DNA of 64,000 nucleotides from an uncultured Chloroflexia bacterium. Lineage in GTDB: Bacteria > Chloroflexota > Limnocylindria > Limnocylindrales > CSP1-4. Below, piece by piece: positions 61,310 to 64,000 of this stretch. Location of the stretch: positions 13,189-77,188 of the forward strand of contig CAVQRP010000009.1 of NCBI GenBank assembly GCA_963715295.1, read 5' to 3'. Position 1 is the first letter of the stretch; the number at the start of each line of letters is the position of its first letter. The notes under the pieces are model-generated. The model made no database searches. It was given only the letters and a program-made list of their open reading frames with translations, and had not been told where the DNA came from. The position numbers and the translations under genes are program-made.

Positions 61310-61744
61310 GTGCCGACCACGTTGACGCCCGGCGACGGACAGGACCTGCTCGCCCGCTTCAAGGCGGCGCGGGAACAGCGTGATGCCGACGCCATGCTGG
61401 AGCTGTACCGCGATGATGCGGCGTACGACAGCGATCCGTTTGCGCCGACCCTGCAGGGGTCTAACGACATCCGCGCCTACTGGAACTCCATCAGCGCAGA
61501 ACAGCTCCATGTGGAGTTCGACAGCGAGCGCGTGTGGGTCTCGGGCCGCACGGTGTTGGCCAGCTGGCACGCGGCATTCACCCGGCGCGCCACGGCGAAG
61601 CGCGTGCGCGTGCGCGGCTTCAGCATGATCGAGCTGGACGAGGCTGGGCTGGTCGCGCGGATGCGTGACTGGCCATCGATGCGGGACGTCGGTATCGACA
61701 GTGGCCACCAGCCAGCCGGTCCGCCCGAGGAAGCAGGGGAGTAG
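61310..61744 (+). CDS. NTF2-like / SnoaL-like domain protein
   Basis: DADAMLELYRDDAAY-DPF…GSNDIRAYW…RMRDW pattern; TAGAAT 6 nt upstream of the GTG. Confidence 0.85.
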   Translation: MPTTLTPGDGQDLLARFKAAREQRDADAMLELYRDDAAYDSDPFAPTLQGSNDIRAYWNSISAEQLHVEFDSERVWVSGRTVLASWHAAFTRRATAKRVRVRGFSMIELDEAGLVARMRDWPSMRDVGIDSGHQPAGPPEEAGE

Positions 61745-61747
61745 CGG

Positions 61748-62245
61748 ATGGCCAGTAGCATCTCATTCGACGTCGTCAGCGAGTTCGACCGCCAGGAGCT
61801 GGTCAATGCGCTCGACCAGGTCCGCCGAGAGGTCGCCACTCGCTACGACTTCAAGGGCTCCAAGGTGCAGGTCGACCTGGGCGAGAAGGAGGTCACGGTG
61901 GTGACCGACTCGGAGATGCGGGCGGCGGCGGTGCAAGACCTCATCGGCTCCAAGGCCGTGCGGCGGGGACTGTCGCTGAAGATCTTCGAGTGGGGTGAGG
62001 TCGTGCCCGCGGGCGGCATGACGTACAAGCAGGTCGCCGGGCTCCAGCAGGGACTGCCGGAGGATACGGCCAAGAAGATCACCAAGCTGTTGCGGGATGA
62101 GTTTCCCAAGGTCAAGGGCCAGATCCAGGGCGGCACGGTTCGAGTCAGCGGGAAGTCCAGGGACGAGCTCCAGGCCGTGATCGCGCGCCTCAAGGAGGAA
62201 GGCGAGGGGTATCCTGTTGCGCTGCAGTTCAAGAACTACCGCTAG
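61748..62245 (+). CDS. yajQ: YajQ family nucleotide/c-di-GMP-binding protein
   Basis: SFDVVSE, NALDQ, RYDFKGS, QIQG-VRVSGKSRDELQ, LQFKNYR. Confidence 0.95.
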   Translation: MASSISFDVVSEFDRQELVNALDQVRREVATRYDFKGSKVQVDLGEKEVTVVTDSEMRAAAVQDLIGSKAVRRGLSLKIFEWGEVVPAGGMTYKQVAGLQQGLPEDTAKKITKLLRDEFPKVKGQIQGGTVRVSGKSRDELQAVIARLKEEGEGYPVALQFKNYR

Positions 62246-62251
62246 GACGAC

Positions 62252-62344
62252 ATGATCGATACCCAGAGCCGCGCCGCTCGTCTCATCCTCGCCCTGATCG
62301 CGACGCTCATCGTCGTGTCGCTGATCTTCACCCTGGTGCAGTAG
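62252..62344 (+). CDS. Putative 30-aa single-pass membrane protein (not in ORF track)
   Basis: AGGA RBS then ATG; [30 protein letters not shown]; GC3-rich codons; fills the gap between yajQ and the next gene exactly. Confidence 0.6.
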   Translation: MIDTQSRAARLILALIATLIVVSLIFTLVQ

Positions 62345-62345
62345 C

Positions 62346-64000
62346 TTGACCGACGCTGGACCGGGACTGGAGCCGAACAGTGAGCCACCGGCCCCGGCGC
62401 CGGAGGCTGCGAAATCCCTGGCCGACCCACCGGAACCCGGACCCGAGCCCGTGGCACAACCGGGACCCGAGCCCGTGGCGGAGCCAGAACCGGAACCCCC
62501 GGCAGGACCGGAACCCGCGCCCGTGGCGGAGCCAGAACCGGAACCCCCGGCAGGACCGGGACCCGCGCCCGTGGCGGAGCCAGAACCGGAACCCCCGGCA
62601 GGACCGGAACCCGCGCCCGTGGCGGAGCCAGAACCGGAACCCCTGGTAGAACCGGAACCCGAGCCGCCACCGCTCGTACGCCGACGCGTCTCGGCAGAGA
62701 TCGCCCGTCAGCTCCATGCTGCCGGCGCGCGCTACTGCTTCACCGTTCCTGCCGAGCCCATCCTGCCCCTGCTGGACGATCTGGCCGCAGCGGGCATCCG
62801 CGTCGTCACCGCGCGCCACGAAGGTAATGCCGCCTTCATGGCTGAGGCGCTCTCGCAGTCCACGGGGCGCCCGCAGATCGTGGCCGTCTCCCGCGCCGTG
62901 GGCGCGGCCAACGCAGCCGTTGGCATCCATACAGCGCAGCAGGATTCCGCGCCACTGGTAGCTCTCGTCGGTCAGGCGGACTCAGCTCTGCTGGGCCGCG
63001 AGGCCTTCCAGGAGGCTGACCTTGTGACCAGTGTCGGTTCACTCGCCAGCTGGGCGGCTCAGATCGATGTGCCCGCGCAAGCGCCGGCGGTACTGGCCAA
63101 GGCGTGGCAGCGTCTCACCACCGGTCGTCCAGGGCCGCTTGTCCTGTCCATTCCCGTCGACGTCCAGGTGGCCGAGATCGAGCTGCGGGACGAACCGCTT
63201 CCCAAGCCGCCCGGAGCTCGCGGTCCGGCTGCGGATCGATCCGCGGTCAGTCGCGCCATGAAGCTGCTGGCGGCCTCCGAGCGGGGCGTGATCGTCGCCG
63301 GCGCCGGGGTGCTGCGGGCACGTGCCAGCAAACGGCTCGTCGCCCTCTCAGAGGTCCTGGCGGTGCCGGTCGTCGCCGCTTGGCGCCGCCCCGACGTGTT
63401 CCCCAACGATCACGCCAACTACCTTGGCATGCTCGGTACCGCTGCGTCCCCGACGGTGCTTCGGCGTCTGGCCGACGCCGATGTCGTCTTGTTCATCGGG
63501 ACGCGATTGTCGGAGATCACAACGGCCGGCTACACCATCCCCGGACCTGACACGCGTTGGATCCACGTGGACGTGCAACCGCGCGTGGCACATGCGGGCT
63601 TGTCCGCGCCCACGCTGTCCGTGACAGCCGACGCCTCGCGCTTCCTTGATGCAGCGTGGTCAGACCTGCGTGCGGTGGCGCTCGATAACGAGATGCGCAG
63701 CCGTCGCGAGGCCCGCACGGCAGCCGACCGCGAGGCTTTTCGCAGTGCAACGGCGCTGGGCCCGGGGACCTGGACAGGCCGTGGTGTTCACCCCGGTCGT
63801 CTCGTGCGCGCCCTCCGCGCCGTGCTACCCGACAACGCCACCATCGCCACGGATGCGGGCAACCTCGCATCGTTCCTGGCGCGTGGCTTCCGCTTCCGTC
63901 GTGCAGGAACGTTCCTCGGGGCCACCTCGGGCAGCATGGGTTTCGGGCTGCCGGCGGCGATCGCTGCGTCACTCCTCGACCCTGATCGCATCGCCATCGC
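62346..64000 (+). CDS. Thiamine-diphosphate-dependent enzyme (acetolactate synthase-like) with Pro/Glu-rich N-terminal extension; 3' truncated by window edge
   Basis: Frame from TTG 62346 gives [55 protein letters not shown]. Missing from the ORF track because it has no stop within the window. Confidence 0.9.
   Translation, partial: MTDAGPGLEPNSEPPAPAPEAAKSLADPPEPGPEPVAQPGPEPVAEPEPEPPAGPEPAPVAEPEPEPPAGPGPAPVAEPEPEPPAGPEPAPVAEPEPEPLVEPEPEPPPLVRRRVSAEIARQLHAAGARYCFTVPAEPILPLLDDLAAAGIRVVTARHEGNAAFMAEALSQSTGRPQIVAVSRAVGAANAAVGIHTAQQDSAPLVALVGQADSALLGREAFQEADLVTSVGSLASWAAQIDVPAQAPAVLAKAWQRLTTGRPGPLVLSIPVDVQVAEIELRDEPLPKPPGARGPAADRSAVSRAMKLLAASERGVIVAGAGVLRARASKRLVALSEVLAVPVVAAWRRPDVFPNDHANYLGMLGTAASPTVLRRLADADVVLFIGTRLSEITTAGYTIPGPDTRWIHVDVQPRVAHAGLSAPTLSVTADASRFLDAAWSDLRAVALDNEMRSRREARTAADREAFRSATALGPGTWTGRGVHPGRLVRALRAVLPDNATIATDAGNLASFLARGFRFRRAGTFLGATSGSMGFGLPAAIAASLLDPDRIAI
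62472..62643 (+). repeat. 48-bp coding tandem repeat, about 3.6 copies ([16 protein letters not shown])
   Basis: Unit CCCGTGGCGGAGCCAGAACCGGAACCCCCGGCAGGACCGGAACCCGCG at 62472, 62520 (one mismatch), 62568 and partially at 62616. Confidence 0.95.

Noticed and set aside
62472-62643. Possible CRISPR array
   Set aside because: The units are contiguous 48-bp tandem copies with no unique spacers, are a multiple of 3 and in frame with a CDS, and no cas genes are present.
62380-62649. Arg/Pro-rich repeat ORF ([10 protein letters not shown]), and the reverse-strand repeat ORFs 62242..62670 and 62328..62930
   Set aside because: These are alternative frames of the tandem repeat; the frame continuous with the ThDP enzyme is the supported one.

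Overview
A GC-rich bacterial core-genome window, almost all on the + strand. It is densely packed with housekeeping genes: priA-def-fmt-rlmN-rpe-dtd, rpmB/DAK2-recG-rsmD-coaD, yceD-rpmF-plsX-nusB-acpP-rnc-smc-ftsY-ffh, rpsP-khpA-rimM-trmD-rplS-rnhB-yraN, rpsB-tsf-pyrH-frr-uppS-cdsA-dxr-rseP-ispG-proS, nusA-ylxR-infB-rbfA-nrnA-truB-ribF-rpsO-pnp, asd-udg-rnj-ftsK-rodZ-pncC, a murC-like gene, yajQ and a ThDP enzyme running off the end. The gene content (SMC, RNase J, KhpA, DAK2, short-type ProRS, nusB-acpP adjacency) suggests a Terrabacteria lineage, probably Chloroflexota; this is inference only. I found no rRNA, tRNA, CRISPR array or mobile element. The standout feature is the PNPase gene, which carries a complete DEDDh (DnaQ/epsilon-like) 3'-5' exonuclease domain inserted between its two RNase PH domains, with catalytic residues of both enzymes intact. 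Several single-base indels, probably sequencing errors, hide this fusion in the ORF track. Other observations: a probable AUA-initiated gene, an unannotated 30-aa membrane protein, putative beta-clamp motifs on UDG and RNase HII, a divergent stand-alone MurC-like ligase, repeat-encoded disordered tails, structured RNA leaders and likely leaderless promoters.
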